Source: a virus
Lineage: Duplodnaviria > Caudoviricetes
DNA: 53,993 nucleotides
Direction: 5' to 3' (one strand)
Virus record (IMG/VR): IMGVR_UViG_3300045996_002343
Coordinates: 1-53,993 of that record
Part shown: one piece after another, positions 30,129-39,740 of the stretch
Layout: each line of letters opens with the position of its first letter
Numbering within the stretch: position 1 is the first letter of the stretch
Position numbers and translations under genes: made by a program
The notes under the pieces: model-generated
The model's input: only the letters and a program-made list of their open reading frames with translations
The model's database searches: none
Told to the model about the DNA's origin: nothing

Positions 30129-31397
30129 ATGAGCAGCGATAGATACGACCTTCCAGCAGTTATTGACCTCTCTATGGAGTGGGATGCAGCTCGCCCTCCA
30201 ACTGAGCTATTCCCCTCTGCCCTCACTGATTCGACCTTTCGACTTTCCACTTCTGAAAGAAACCTCTATCGACGCTGTCGTAGGAAATGGCTCTTCTCCT
30301 CTCCGAATATGATGGCCCGCTCGGCCTCTTCGGGGAATGTGAGCTCCCCTCTCTGGTTTGGAACAGGCATCCACTTTGCTCTAGAAGATTGGCATGGTCA
30401 GAGAATTTACGGAGATGCGGTCAAAGCCTTCTATGCCTACGTCAGAGCCTGCAGGCATATGCTTCCAGATGACGTGGCTGAACTGTGCGAACTAGCAGAA
30501 GGTCTTCTTCCAGCATTTTTGCAGTGGGAATATCAACGAGGGGAATGGGAAACTCTTTGGCATAACGGGAAGCCACTAGTGGAAGTGGGCTGGCAAGTAG
30601 ACCTATCCCATTACCTCCAGAGGCCGCAGGGGAGTGTTGTGTATACAGGGATCATCGACCGAGTGGTAAGAGAGATCTCGACAGGCTACAACTACATCCT
30701 GGATTACAAAACCTGCAAGAGCCTGGACATGCCGAAAGCTCTCGACATGGATCCACAAATCTCCGCATACCTAGGATTCGGTGGTCCACTTCTGGAATCA
30801 ATAGGCATTCCGATAGAGGGGTTGCTTTATGTTCAGATCCGAAAGGATGTTCCTAAAGAACCGGTTGAACTCTCTGATGGGTCGCTTAGTGTCAATGCTA
30901 ACCAGAAGACTACCTACGAACTCTACAAGGCAGCAGTCATTGAGAGGCATGGACGGAAGGTATCCCAGATTCCAGAGAAGTACAAACAATTCCTCGCTTT
31001 CCTCCGAACTAAGGAGGGTCCTGATGGAAATGGATTCTTCCAACGAACCATAGTGAGGAGGACTCAGCAACAGCTCCTGAGCGAAACTTCGAAGGTATTG
31101 GCGGAAGCTCGTGAGATGCTGAATCCGATGCTTCAGATTTATCCGAATCCCACACGAGATTGTTCGTGGGATTGCCCGTACGTCGGGGCATGCCTTGCTA
31201 CAGATGATGATGCCGACTGGCAAGGAATACTAGACGAGCAAACGCTCATTCAACACGAGCGACATCCGTGGAAGTACCACCTTCCACATCCTGAGGAACA
31301 TGATCAATGGCTGAACCTACAGCTCCACCTACCCAAGCAGCAAGCGGTGGTAACGGAGGAGTCGTCACTGCCCCAGCTAAGCCCCTTTTCAACGTAA
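30129..31397 (+). CDS. PD-(D/E)XK exonuclease (RecB/Cas4-like recombination nuclease)
   Basis: CRRKW, FGTGIHFALE, GIIDRV...ILDYKT, Q..AY, C.WDCPY...C. Confidence 0.85.
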   Translation: MSSDRYDLPAVIDLSMEWDAARPPTELFPSALTDSTFRLSTSERNLYRRCRRKWLFSSPNMMARSASSGNVSSPLWFGTGIHFALEDWHGQRIYGDAVKAFYAYVRACRHMLPDDVAELCELAEGLLPAFLQWEYQRGEWETLWHNGKPLVEVGWQVDLSHYLQRPQGSVVYTGIIDRVVREISTGYNYILDYKTCKSLDMPKALDMDPQISAYLGFGGPLLESIGIPIEGLLYVQIRKDVPKEPVELSDGSLSVNANQKTTYELYKAAVIERHGRKVSQIPEKYKQFLAFLRTKEGPDGNGFFQRTIVRRTQQQLLSETSKVLAEAREMLNPMLQIYPNPTRDCSWDCPYVGACLATDDDADWQGILDEQTLIQHERHPWKYHLPHPEEHDQWLNLQLHLPKQQAVVTEESSLPQLSPFST

Positions 31398-32215
31398 GAC
31401 ACCCACGACGCACCGAGAGATGGCTACGTGCTCTGATCTACGGAGAATATGGAGCCGGAAAGACCCACCTCGTGGGAACAGCCTCGGAACACGAGCCGAT
31501 GGGTAAGGTTCTCTTCATCGATGTAGAAAGCGGCGATCTGACCCTACACAGGTGGCCTGAAATGCACGTCGTTGGTATCGATAAGTACAGCGACATCAAC
31601 ACTATCTACGCCTGGTTGAAGCATCACGTGCAGCATCGAGACATCTACCTTTTCAGTGAGCAGCCCGAAGCTAAAGCTAAGGCTCGTGAAATACTGGTTC
31701 AGTTGCAGCAGAAACTCTTCCCGACTTATGATGGGAAGGAGGAGCCTTTTCTCTACAGGACTGTAATTCTGGACTCACTGTCGGAACTGCAACGATACAG
31801 CATGTATCAATTAACCGGCACCATCATCGGCATGGCGTCGCTTGCTGTGGAGCCTGGCAAGGCTGGATGGGATGAATGGGGCAAATCCACGGACATGATC
31901 CGACTGCTGATCCGTTCATTCCGGGATCTGAACATCCACACCATCATGGTCTGCTCTGAGACCATGTCGGCTAACGCCGAGAAGAAGAAATCACCTATTA
32001 CAGTCAACCTCCCCAAGAAGTTGGCTGAAGACGTGCCGGGGTTTTTCGACATCGTCGGATACCTCGCCGCGAACGTCCACGCGCAAACCGGGACAACCGA
32101 AAGAAGGCTCTACCTCAATCCGGGGCAGAACTTCATGGCCAAAAACCGCTTCGGGTTTGACAAGCAGTTCATCGAATCGCCAACCATGGCGAAGGTGATG
32201 GCTCTCGTCAAGTAG
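31307..32215 (+). CDS. AAA ATPase, Sak4-like recombinase
   Basis: LIYGEYGAGKT, FIDVESG, VILDSLSE, FDIVGYL, AKNR; lies between exonuclease and SSB. Confidence 0.8.
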   Translation: MAEPTAPPTQAASGGNGGVVTAPAKPLFNVRHPRRTERWLRALIYGEYGAGKTHLVGTASEHEPMGKVLFIDVESGDLTLHRWPEMHVVGIDKYSDINTIYAWLKHHVQHRDIYLFSEQPEAKAKAREILVQLQQKLFPTYDGKEEPFLYRTVILDSLSELQRYSMYQLTGTIIGMASLAVEPGKAGWDEWGKSTDMIRLLIRSFRDLNIHTIMVCSETMSANAEKKKSPITVNLPKKLAEDVPGFFDIVGYLAANVHAQTGTTERRLYLNPGQNFMAKNRFGFDKQFIESPTMAKVMALVK

Positions 32216-32265
32216 GCTGCGCAATCAACCGAGGCTGATGCCTCATCTGTGAAAGGTCAAAGACA

Positions 32266-32742
32266 ATGAGTTGGGATACAAGCGCTGTTATGGATCTGTC
32301 GAGTCTGGACGAGACAAAGCTCTTCACGCCCTTGCCTCCGGCCGACTATCCGATCGTTGGTGTGGCAGAGGGATCTGGTCCCGGAACGTCGAAGGAAGGC
32401 AATCCGAAGATCACCTTGGTCTGGAAGATCCAGGACGATGGTACGCTGGAGGATATCCTCGCCGCGAACGGATCCGAGGTCAGCTACGACGAGGCGAAGA
32501 ATCGGAAGTTCTATCAGCACTTCCCGATGCACACCGACGTGGGCAAGAAGCGTTTCAAGGCTACTGTCAAGGCAGTCAATCCGAATGCAGATTTCTCGGC
32601 AGTCCGACCGGATGATGTCGGCGAATTGATCGCCGGCTACACTGGCGTCGCTCGGATCGCTGTCGGTGCATATCAGGGCAAGCCTACCAACGAGCTGAAG
32701 GAAATCAAGCCCGCCGGTATTGAAGGCTTCCTGAGCCGATAA
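32266..32742 (+). CDS. Putative ssDNA-binding protein (DUF669-like)
   Basis: FTPLPPADY, SKEGNP and YQGKP.N motifs; follows the Sak4-like gene. Confidence 0.65.
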   Translation: MSWDTSAVMDLSSLDETKLFTPLPPADYPIVGVAEGSGPGTSKEGNPKITLVWKIQDDGTLEDILAANGSEVSYDEAKNRKFYQHFPMHTDVGKKRFKATVKAVNPNADFSAVRPDDVGELIAGYTGVARIAVGAYQGKPTNELKEIKPAGIEGFLSR

Positions 32743-32787
32743 CCTCCATCTTGCTCGCAAGGCAAGGAAGCTCATCGCTTCTTCTCT

Positions 32788-32819
32788 GGGATCCCTCCTA
32801 ACCGGGGGATCCCCTTTTT
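32788..32819 (+). terminator. Intrinsic terminator
   Basis: GGGATCCCTCC / GGGGGATCCC stem followed by a T run. Confidence 0.75.
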
Positions 32820-32840
32820 AGATCTCCACGGAGTGCCCTC

Positions 32841-33551
32841 ATGATTCGTGCAGTTAACCTGCTATCGGGAGGGATCGATTCCCTCACCTGCCTCGCCATC
32901 GCCAACTCGAAATACCACCGCGAAGAAATCTTTGCTCTTTCTCTTCACTACGGCCAGAAACATTCTCGTGAGCTGGGAGCAGCCGCAAGAATCGCCGCCC
33001 ACTACGATGTCTCGCATCAGATAATGAGTCTCAACCAGGACCTCTTCAAAGGAGCAGGATCTACCCTCATCGATCCAGGAGCTGAAACTCCTTCCGAGAC
33101 CTATGCATCGATGGATGCAAAGACCGAAGGAATCTCACCCACATACATTCCATTCAGGAATGGAAATCTCCTCTCGGCCGCAACTGCTCTGGCTTTGACT
33201 CTCCACGAGGAAGGTCAAGAGCCCATCGAGCTCTACTACGGAGCCCATGCAGAGGATAGCGCTAACTGGGCTTATCCCGACTGCACACCAGAATTCAACG
33301 GAGCTATGGCGAATGCCATCTACATCGGCTCCCATCGAAGAGTAAGGCTGGTCACTCCCCTCCAGTGGATGGAGAAGTCGGTTGTGGTAGAGATGGCTTC
33401 CCTTCTATCGGCTCCTCTGCATTTGAGCTACTCCTGCTATCGGGGAGGAGAGAATCATTGCGGAACTTGCCCGACTTGCATCGCTAGGAGCGCTGCGTTC
33501 CACTTCGCCGGTTTGAGCGATCCTACCACCTATGATCAGGAGCCTGGATAA
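32841..33551 (+). CDS. queC: 7-cyano-7-deazaguanine synthase
   Basis: SGGIDS, YGQKH, YIPFRN, YPDC, SCY..HCGTCPTC. Confidence 0.95.
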   Translation: MIRAVNLLSGGIDSLTCLAIANSKYHREEIFALSLHYGQKHSRELGAAARIAAHYDVSHQIMSLNQDLFKGAGSTLIDPGAETPSETYASMDAKTEGISPTYIPFRNGNLLSAATALALTLHEEGQEPIELYYGAHAEDSANWAYPDCTPEFNGAMANAIYIGSHRRVRLVTPLQWMEKSVVVEMASLLSAPLHLSYSCYRGGENHCGTCPTCIARSAAFHFAGLSDPTTYDQEPG

Positions 33552-33986
33552 ATGGTCTACACAGCCATTGGGAAGATCTTTCGATTCGAGGCAGCTCACC
33601 AACTGCCCAACCACAACGGAAAGTGCCGAAATCTCCACGGCCACTCCTACAAGCTGGAGGTGGAGGTCACCGGACCAATCAAGGAAGCTAACGGCGATTC
33701 GGACGAGGGGATGATCATGGACTTCGGCGATCTGAAGAAGATCGTTCAGGAAGAGATCATTGATCTGGTTGATCACCAGTTCCTCAACGAAGTCGTCCCA
33801 CCAGAACATCAACCCACCACAGCGGAGAACATGGTCAACTGGATGTCTCATCTTATCTGGGACAGGTTGTGGGAAGACATCATCGAACTACGAGTCAGAC
33901 TGTGGGAAACGGAGACCAGCTATGCAGAACTTGTCATTGTTGTCGACACCGAAGATGCCGGAGAAGACATCCCAGTCCGAACGTAG
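33552..33986 (+). CDS. queD: 6-carboxytetrahydropterin synthase
   Basis: FEAAHQL, CRNLHGHSY, DHQFLN, TAEN, WETETS. Confidence 0.95.
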   Translation: MVYTAIGKIFRFEAAHQLPNHNGKCRNLHGHSYKLEVEVTGPIKEANGDSDEGMIMDFGDLKKIVQEEIIDLVDHQFLNEVVPPEHQPTTAENMVNWMSHLIWDRLWEDIIELRVRLWETETSYAELVIVVDTEDAGEDIPVRT

Positions 33987-34686
33987 ATTCTCGGTCAACG
34001 AGATCTTCGGACCGACAATGCAAGGGGAAGGGGCTCTTATCGGAGCCCTGACTCACTTTGTGAGGTTTAACGGATGCGACTACCGATGCGCATGGTGCGA
34101 CAGCCCAGAGGCGGTCTTGCCGGAGCTCATCAAGAACCACCACACTCCAATGACTGCAAAGGAGATCAGTGATAAGCTCCTCACCTTCTCAAAGGCCTGT
34201 TGGGTGACCCTCTCTGGAGGCAATCCTGGAATGCATGAGCACCTCAGAGAACTAATCGGGCGCTTAAGATGCAATTGGAAGGTTGCCTGTGAGACACAAG
34301 GGACAATCTATCAGGATTGGTTCGAGGAGCTAGATCATCTGGTAGTCTCACCGAAGCCTCCCAGTGCCAATCAGGGAGCTCCCAACTACCACACATTGGC
34401 GAAAATCTTTACAGGGGCACTGTCTAAGAAGACCAGTGTGAAGATAGTCGTCTTCGATGCTGTAGACTTGGGCTGGGCATTGGAACAGGGGCACATTCTC
34501 TGCGGAGACGTTCGGCCTCTCTATCTTCAAGTCGGAACAGATCCAACCGACAGCAACGAAGAAATCCTGAATAGTTACCGAGAGCTGGTTGAACAGGTTC
34601 ATCACCATCCAGCAGCTATTCACCTGGACGTGAGAGTGCTGCCGCAGACCCACAAACTGCTATACGGTCATGGAAGGGGAGTTTAA
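33955..34686 (+). CDS. queE: 7-carboxy-7-deazaguanine synthase (radical SAM)
   Basis: EIFGPTMQGEG, CDYRCAWCD, SGGNP, ETQG, SPKP, LPQTH. Start moved to ATG 33955. Confidence 0.95.
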   Translation: MPEKTSQSERRFSVNEIFGPTMQGEGALIGALTHFVRFNGCDYRCAWCDSPEAVLPELIKNHHTPMTAKEISDKLLTFSKACWVTLSGGNPGMHEHLRELIGRLRCNWKVACETQGTIYQDWFEELDHLVVSPKPPSANQGAPNYHTLAKIFTGALSKKTSVKIVVFDAVDLGWALEQGHILCGDVRPLYLQVGTDPTDSNEEILNSYRELVEQVHHHPAAIHLDVRVLPQTHKLLYGHGRGV

Positions 34687-35273
34687 TGAGTGAGGTGCCA
34701 GAAGGAAAGCCTGGGCTGCTTCCGAGGGTTCGAAGAGCTGAGATGGCTGCTCAAGCCCTCTTGGCTTGCTATGGAGATGAAGTTCCCGGGACAGCCAACC
34801 GGATCGCCCGATTTCTCGAGGAGTTCCACCAAGAAGTGGATCTCCAGGAGTTGATGAAGACATTCGACTATGAAGAACCTAAAAACGGTGGGCAGCCTAT
34901 GGTTGCTATCTCTCGGATTCCTCTTGGGGGGCTGTGCGAGCACCACCACTGCCCCTTCTTCGGAACCGCCGATATCGGCTACATTCCCTCCAGGAAAGTC
35001 CTGGGACTATCGAAGTTTGCTCGCCTCACGAAGGCCGCGGGACACTCGAAGCCCACGATACAAGAAAGGCTCACGAATGAGATCGCCGATGCGATCAACA
35101 AGGCCCTCGACCCGAAAGGGGTCATCGTCGTTTTGAGGGCTCAACACACCTGCATGACTGTGCGTGGGATCGCAGCTCCAGGAGTCGTAACCGTAACCTC
35201 TGCAGTGCGAGGAAACTTCGTCCATGTACCTGCTGCGAGGCAGGAATTCTTCTCCCTCTTGAAGGAAGGATAA
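34686..35273 (+). CDS. folE: GTP cyclohydrolase I
   Basis: CEHH..PF.G, GLSK, QERLT, HTCM..RG. Confidence 0.95.
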   Translation: MSEVPEGKPGLLPRVRRAEMAAQALLACYGDEVPGTANRIARFLEEFHQEVDLQELMKTFDYEEPKNGGQPMVAISRIPLGGLCEHHHCPFFGTADIGYIPSRKVLGLSKFARLTKAAGHSKPTIQERLTNEIADAINKALDPKGVIVVLRAQHTCMTVRGIAAPGVVTVTSAVRGNFVHVPAARQEFFSLLKEG

Positions 35274-35279
35274 CCGGCT

Positions 35280-35612
35280 GTGTTGATGACTACTCTGGAG
35301 GTCCTGAAGCTAACAGGGTTCATCAACCTAGGAAGAGAAACTCTAGAAGTTTGGACTCCCTGGATGGATGGAGATGATGATCCTTCATATACTCCAGAAG
35401 AGTGGGAAGTATTCAAGAGATCTGTCAAGGAAGAGGGAGTCCTGCGGCCTCTATATCTTCACGCAGATGGGGAGTTAGAAGACGGATTTCACAGACTGAT
35501 GGCAGCATATCAGTTGAGAATAGAAAGTATTCCTGTAGAAAGAGAACTCAGTTATGATCAAGACGGACGCCAAGATCAACGAGGACCTGGAGAAATTCAG
35601 GAGCTTCGCTAA
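35280..35612 (+). CDS. ParB N-terminal-like domain protein
   Basis: SVKEEGVLRPL...LEDGFHRLMAA..L....IPV. Confidence 0.75.
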   Translation: MLMTTLEVLKLTGFINLGRETLEVWTPWMDGDDDPSYTPEEWEVFKRSVKEEGVLRPLYLHADGELEDGFHRLMAAYQLRIESIPVERELSYDQDGRQDQRGPGEIQELR

Positions 35613-36048
35613 ATCACACCCAGACCGATTCGCCCTCATGACCAAGATGGTCGAGATCCAAGTAGCGAAGGGCCACGACTATTCGGGCCAACAGGTTGAC
35701 GATCTCCAGAACCTCCGCGAATCTGAGAAGCTAGGAATTCCGGGATGGTTAGGAATTTTCCTGCGCATGGGCGACAAATGGGCTCGCCTGAGCAACTTCG
35801 CCAAATCTCGGGAGCTCAAGGTCAAGGACGAGAACGTCGAGGACACGCTCTTGGATCTTTCCATCTATGCCCTGCTGGGCATCATCCTCTGGCGCGAATC
35901 TAAGGGAGCATCCATCGATCCAACTATTGGGCTCCCAATGCGCGGAACACCGCTGGGACTGCAGAGAGATGAGGTTTCGCGCGAAAACACCGAAGAGAAT
36001 TCACCGAGGCGAGATGCAATATTGAGGTCAACACCGGGAGGTATCTAG
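35554..36048 (+). CDS. DUF1599/nucleotide-modification-associated all-alpha protein
   Basis: KGHDY, RMGDKWARL, ENVEDTLLDLSIYALL. Confidence 0.7.
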   Translation: MIKTDAKINEDLEKFRSFAKSHPDRFALMTKMVEIQVAKGHDYSGQQVDDLQNLRESEKLGIPGWLGIFLRMGDKWARLSNFAKSRELKVKDENVEDTLLDLSIYALLGIILWRESKGASIDPTIGLPMRGTPLGLQRDEVSRENTEENSPRRDAILRSTPGGI

Positions 36049-36050
36049 AG

Positions 36051-36329
36051 ATGTTGAAGATAATCAATCCGCTCAACAACAAGACTCGAGAACTCTCCAG
36101 AGCAGATCTGGAGAAGGCCTTCAAGAAAATGAAGTTTATCATCTCCGAGCGGAAGCATGAGATGGGGAACTTTCTCTGCTCAATCTCCTGCCCTCAGGGA
36201 ATGCTTCTTGGGCAGGCAGAGAGTAAAGAGCTAGATGGTGCTTTCTTTGCTGCAGCTGGGGGAGTTCTGAGAAGGATCTCTGCGGAAGATCGGGATCGGC
36301 TCTGGAAGGAGTGGTTTCTAAGTGGCTAA
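36051..36329 (+). CDS. Hypothetical protein inside the modification cluster
   Basis: GGAGG RBS; tight packing with neighbours. Confidence 0.6.
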   Translation: MLKIINPLNNKTRELSRADLEKAFKKMKFIISERKHEMGNFLCSISCPQGMLLGQAESKELDGAFFAAAGGVLRRISAEDRDRLWKEWFLSG

Positions 36330-37101
36330 ATTCGCCCCAGTGTGCGGCATCAACATGATGTGGGAGCTCCTCAACAAGGATCCTCAATACATCGGGGACT
36401 ACCATCTCTGGTTGGCTCATGATGTGTTGAAGGATCCAGAACAGTGGAGGAGGCTCTCACAAGCCATCAGGATGTACTATCCAGAGGCGACTATCATCAT
36501 GGATAATTCCCTGATAGAGCTCGGCGCTCCGATTAGCGGAGAGAACCTAAAGCTCTCTTCGCTTGCAGTGGGCGCGGACTATTTAGTGTTGCCCGACGTC
36601 CTTACGGACATGGACGCCACATTAGATGGATCCCGAGACTTCCTGGCGCGCATGGGTTCTGACCTGGATATCAAAACTCTTGGAGTGATCCAAGGGAAAT
36701 CCATCGGAGAACTCCACCGCTGTGCTTCGGCATTGGTGGGGATGGGATGCTCTGCATTATCGATTCCGAGGATTGTACAGAAGCAGTTCGGGGATCGCAA
36801 AGGAATCGTTCGGGAGATTGCTGGTGCCTTTCCACACATCAAGATCCATCTACTTGGCTTCAGTGACAACCTAGAAGCCGATCGGGAAGCCTGCCGAACC
36901 TCTAGGCATTTCCCGAACGTGATGGGGATCGATTCAGCGGTCCCTATCCGAGTAGGCCAGAAGAACGAGCTCCTCTATGGCTACACAGCCATGAAGGTAG
37001 GATCTCGCGCGGAGGATTACCTTGAGCGCAGCGATCCACCAACCCCCTACACGTTGGTCAATCTCAGAGAGTTCAGGAGATCCATTCAATGCGATGCGTG
37101 A
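36322..37101 (+). CDS. TGT-fold TIM-barrel protein, DpdA-like deazaguanine transglycosylase candidate
   Basis: IIMDNS, LPDV, GVIQG, IHLLG and GIDS occur in the order seen in TGT/DpdA enzymes; sits in the que/folE cluster. Confidence 0.65.
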   Translation: MAKFAPVCGINMMWELLNKDPQYIGDYHLWLAHDVLKDPEQWRRLSQAIRMYYPEATIIMDNSLIELGAPISGENLKLSSLAVGADYLVLPDVLTDMDATLDGSRDFLARMGSDLDIKTLGVIQGKSIGELHRCASALVGMGCSALSIPRIVQKQFGDRKGIVREIAGAFPHIKIHLLGFSDNLEADREACRTSRHFPNVMGIDSAVPIRVGQKNELLYGYTAMKVGSRAEDYLERSDPPTPYTLVNLREFRRSIQCDA

Positions 37102-39521
37102 AGCCCTGCGAATTCTGCCCCTTCCAAAAGGAGGGGCGACCTCCTAAGTTTGTCCCTTCGACGCTCCCCTTTCCTGGGGAGCGTTATGACTTGATGGTGG
37201 TAGGGGAAGCTCCAGGAGAAAACGAGGTTAGGCTCGGAGCTCCTTTCGTGGGGGAATCGGGAGAGTGGATTCGCTCTGCATTCCGAGAGTTCGGTTTGGA
37301 TCGAGAAGCTAAGGTAGGGTTTAGCAACGCATTAGGATGCCCTACTCCGATGGGACAGAAGATCACGAACTCCATTGCCCAGATATGCCGTCAGAGGATG
37401 TTGGATGAGATTTCCGGGGCGCGTCCGAGGGTGGTTCTGGCGTTGGGGAATTGGGCCCTTCGAGGAATCACAGGGGACTACTCACTCAAGATCACCGCGG
37501 AGAACGCAGTGGTGCGGGATTGGGGGGATTCGAAGTTGGTCCCTTGCCTGCATCCAGCAGGTGTAATGAGGAATCCCGGCTCGATTACCCAATTCCGGCA
37601 TGCGATCAAGTTGGCAGTCGATCTCGTGAAGGGTATAGAACGAGAAGGGACCGGCGAGGTTTCCTACTTCGTTGCAAAGGACCATCCCACAGCCCAGAAA
37701 GCATTCCATCATCTCTGGAACCTTCCGTGGGGTCATCTGCTCGGGGCTGACATCGAGACTACTGGATTCTCTCCTTTCCGCGATCGAATAATGTGTATGG
37801 GGATTGCCTACGAGAAGAACAAGGTAATTGTTCTGCCTCCGGAGTTCTTTCGGAACATCCAATTCCGCAAGTGGTTAGAGCTTCTCATGCGCTCCAGGAA
37901 GTTTAGATGGGGGTGGCATGGTGGAAAATTCGATGTTAAATTCCTCCGACATCTCGGAATCCCGGCGAGGATCGACGAAGACTCGATGCTACAGCACTAT
38001 ACGCTTGAAGAACAAAGCGGAACACACGGTCTTGAACAGCTTTCCTCGACTATTCTGGGGGCTCCACCTTATAAAGGCCAAGTCGAGGAGGGTCGCAAAA
38101 ATGGATGGGTTGGGGCCAGTCGCAAAGACCTCTTCAGATATCAGGCAGAAGATGCTGACTATACCAGGCAACTTATTCTGGCTCTGCGAGAACCGATGCA
38201 CGCTGTGGACGGGCTCAAGGAGCTCTACAACGGGATCTTGATTCCGGTGGCTAACTTCTTGGCTAATGTAGAGCTCAGGGGAATGCCCTTCAACATCGAG
38301 AGAGCCAAGGAAGCTGCTGCAGAGATAGGACCTCAATGGGAAGCGGAGAAGGCTCGGCTCAACACTCTCATTGCCGAGAGATGGCCCTCTACCTTGGAAT
38401 TCAAGCGGACAGGCAGTGCTCCGCCATTGATCAATCCCAACTCTCCGCAACAGGTAGAGCAACTAGTATATGACTGGCTGGGCTTTCAGGTTCCGAAGGG
38501 TTTTCAGAAGGATACCCAAAAAGGGACCTTGACCGCTATGGGCCATGATCCTATTCTGGAATCTCTGTTGGAGTGCAAGAAGCTGTCCAAGAAGCTTTCC
38601 ACCTACTCGGGACACCTACTGCCTTCGGGGCAGCTAGTTAAGGGGCTACAGAGAAGGGTTGAGCCTTCAACCGGTCGCATCCATACTACTTTCCAGGAGC
38701 ACGTAACCACAACCGGACGTCTCTCATCGGTGCAGCCGAATTTGCAGAATGTCTCGCGAGGGCCGGTCCTCCGCGGGATGTTCGAGATGCCAGAAGGGAG
38801 ATGGTTCCTCGAGGCCGATCTGAAGAGTGCCGAGTTGGTGGTGTTGGCTAATCTCTCCAAGGATCCGGTGTTGTGCGGAATTCTGAACTCCGGCCGGAAT
38901 CTCCATCATGAGGTCTCGGTGGATCTCTATGGAGAAGGCTACAACGAGGATCAATACTTCCGAGCGAAGGCGTTGAACTTCGGGATCATGTATGGACGGA
39001 TGCCTTCCTCTCTCGTGAAGGAATATGGGCATCAGGGGATCAAGCCCGAAGATAGGCTGACCCTACCAGAAGCTCAGAGGCTGTGGGATGGTTGGACGCA
39101 GAAGTTTAAGGTTGCTTACGACTACATCCTCTATCTCCGAGCAGCTCCCGAGAATGGAGTGAACCTCCGAGCACCTACTGGGAGAAGGAGGCGATTTGGT
39201 GCAGTTACTCAACGGAAGCTCAACGATGCTCAGAACGAAGCGGCAAACTTTCCCATTCAAGGACCCGCCTCCGATATTGTCCTTGTGGGAGGCCAGAGGA
39301 ATGAGGAGTTTGCAGCGAAGCGTGATGCCTGGGCGGTCAATCTCATCCACGATGCCATCTACTACGATGTTCCATCCCAGGAGGTAGCAGCGGAAGTAGG
39401 CCGGGAGATAGCTCGGCTGTTTAGAGAGGTGGGGGCGGAAATCTGTGGAGATCTGGTTCCATTCACTGCCGAGTTCAAGTTCGGCAATCGATGGGGACAT
39501 CTCCAGAAAGTAGAGTTCTAA
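37089..39521 (+). CDS. Family A DNA polymerase with N-terminal UDG (family 4-like) domain and 3'-5' exonuclease
   Basis: GEAPG, PFVG, HPA (UDG); DIETTG, FDVKFL, Y..ED (exonuclease); TGRLSS..PNLQN, AK.LNFG..YG, NFPIQG, HD (polymerase). Confidence 0.95.
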   Translation: MRCVKPCEFCPFQKEGRPPKFVPSTLPFPGERYDLMVVGEAPGENEVRLGAPFVGESGEWIRSAFREFGLDREAKVGFSNALGCPTPMGQKITNSIAQICRQRMLDEISGARPRVVLALGNWALRGITGDYSLKITAENAVVRDWGDSKLVPCLHPAGVMRNPGSITQFRHAIKLAVDLVKGIEREGTGEVSYFVAKDHPTAQKAFHHLWNLPWGHLLGADIETTGFSPFRDRIMCMGIAYEKNKVIVLPPEFFRNIQFRKWLELLMRSRKFRWGWHGGKFDVKFLRHLGIPARIDEDSMLQHYTLEEQSGTHGLEQLSSTILGAPPYKGQVEEGRKNGWVGASRKDLFRYQAEDADYTRQLILALREPMHAVDGLKELYNGILIPVANFLANVELRGMPFNIERAKEAAAEIGPQWEAEKARLNTLIAERWPSTLEFKRTGSAPPLINPNSPQQVEQLVYDWLGFQVPKGFQKDTQKGTLTAMGHDPILESLLECKKLSKKLSTYSGHLLPSGQLVKGLQRRVEPSTGRIHTTFQEHVTTTGRLSSVQPNLQNVSRGPVLRGMFEMPEGRWFLEADLKSAELVVLANLSKDPVLCGILNSGRNLHHEVSVDLYGEGYNEDQYFRAKALNFGIMYGRMPSSLVKEYGHQGIKPEDRLTLPEAQRLWDGWTQKFKVAYDYILYLRAAPENGVNLRAPTGRRRRFGAVTQRKLNDAQNEAANFPIQGPASDIVLVGGQRNEEFAAKRDAWAVNLIHDAIYYDVPSQEVAAEVGREIARLFREVGAEICGDLVPFTAEFKFGNRWGHLQKVEF

Positions 39522-39530
39522 GGCGAAGTA

Positions 39531-39740
39531 ATGCAACTACGACTACTGATCCAGAAGATCAACAACGAACGGAAGGAGATCAAACAGGGAGTGGTTAAAG
39601 GAACAGCCGAAGGGTCCGAGAAGACAGAAGTGAGCATCCAATACCATGACGGGAGGATGGAGTTCTGGGAAGGCAAGCTACAATCAGGAGTGGACAAGTG
39701 GCACACCGAGATGACACTCCGAGGAGAGCTTCATGGTTAG
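39531..39740 (+). CDS. Hypothetical protein
   Basis: Tightly packed ORF. Confidence 0.55.
   Translation: MQLRLLIQKINNERKEIKQGVVKGTAEGSEKTEVSIQYHDGRMEFWEGKLQSGVDKWHTEMTLRGELHG

Noticed and set aside
30129-31397. Cas4 as part of a CRISPR system
   Set aside because: Its context (Sak4-like ATPase, SSB) is a standard phage recombination module.
32841-35273. que/folE genes as auxiliary genes for tRNA queuosine or folate synthesis
   Set aside because: No queF, queA or tRNA genes seen; clustering with ParB-like, DpdA-like and polymerase genes favours DNA modification. Not formally excluded.
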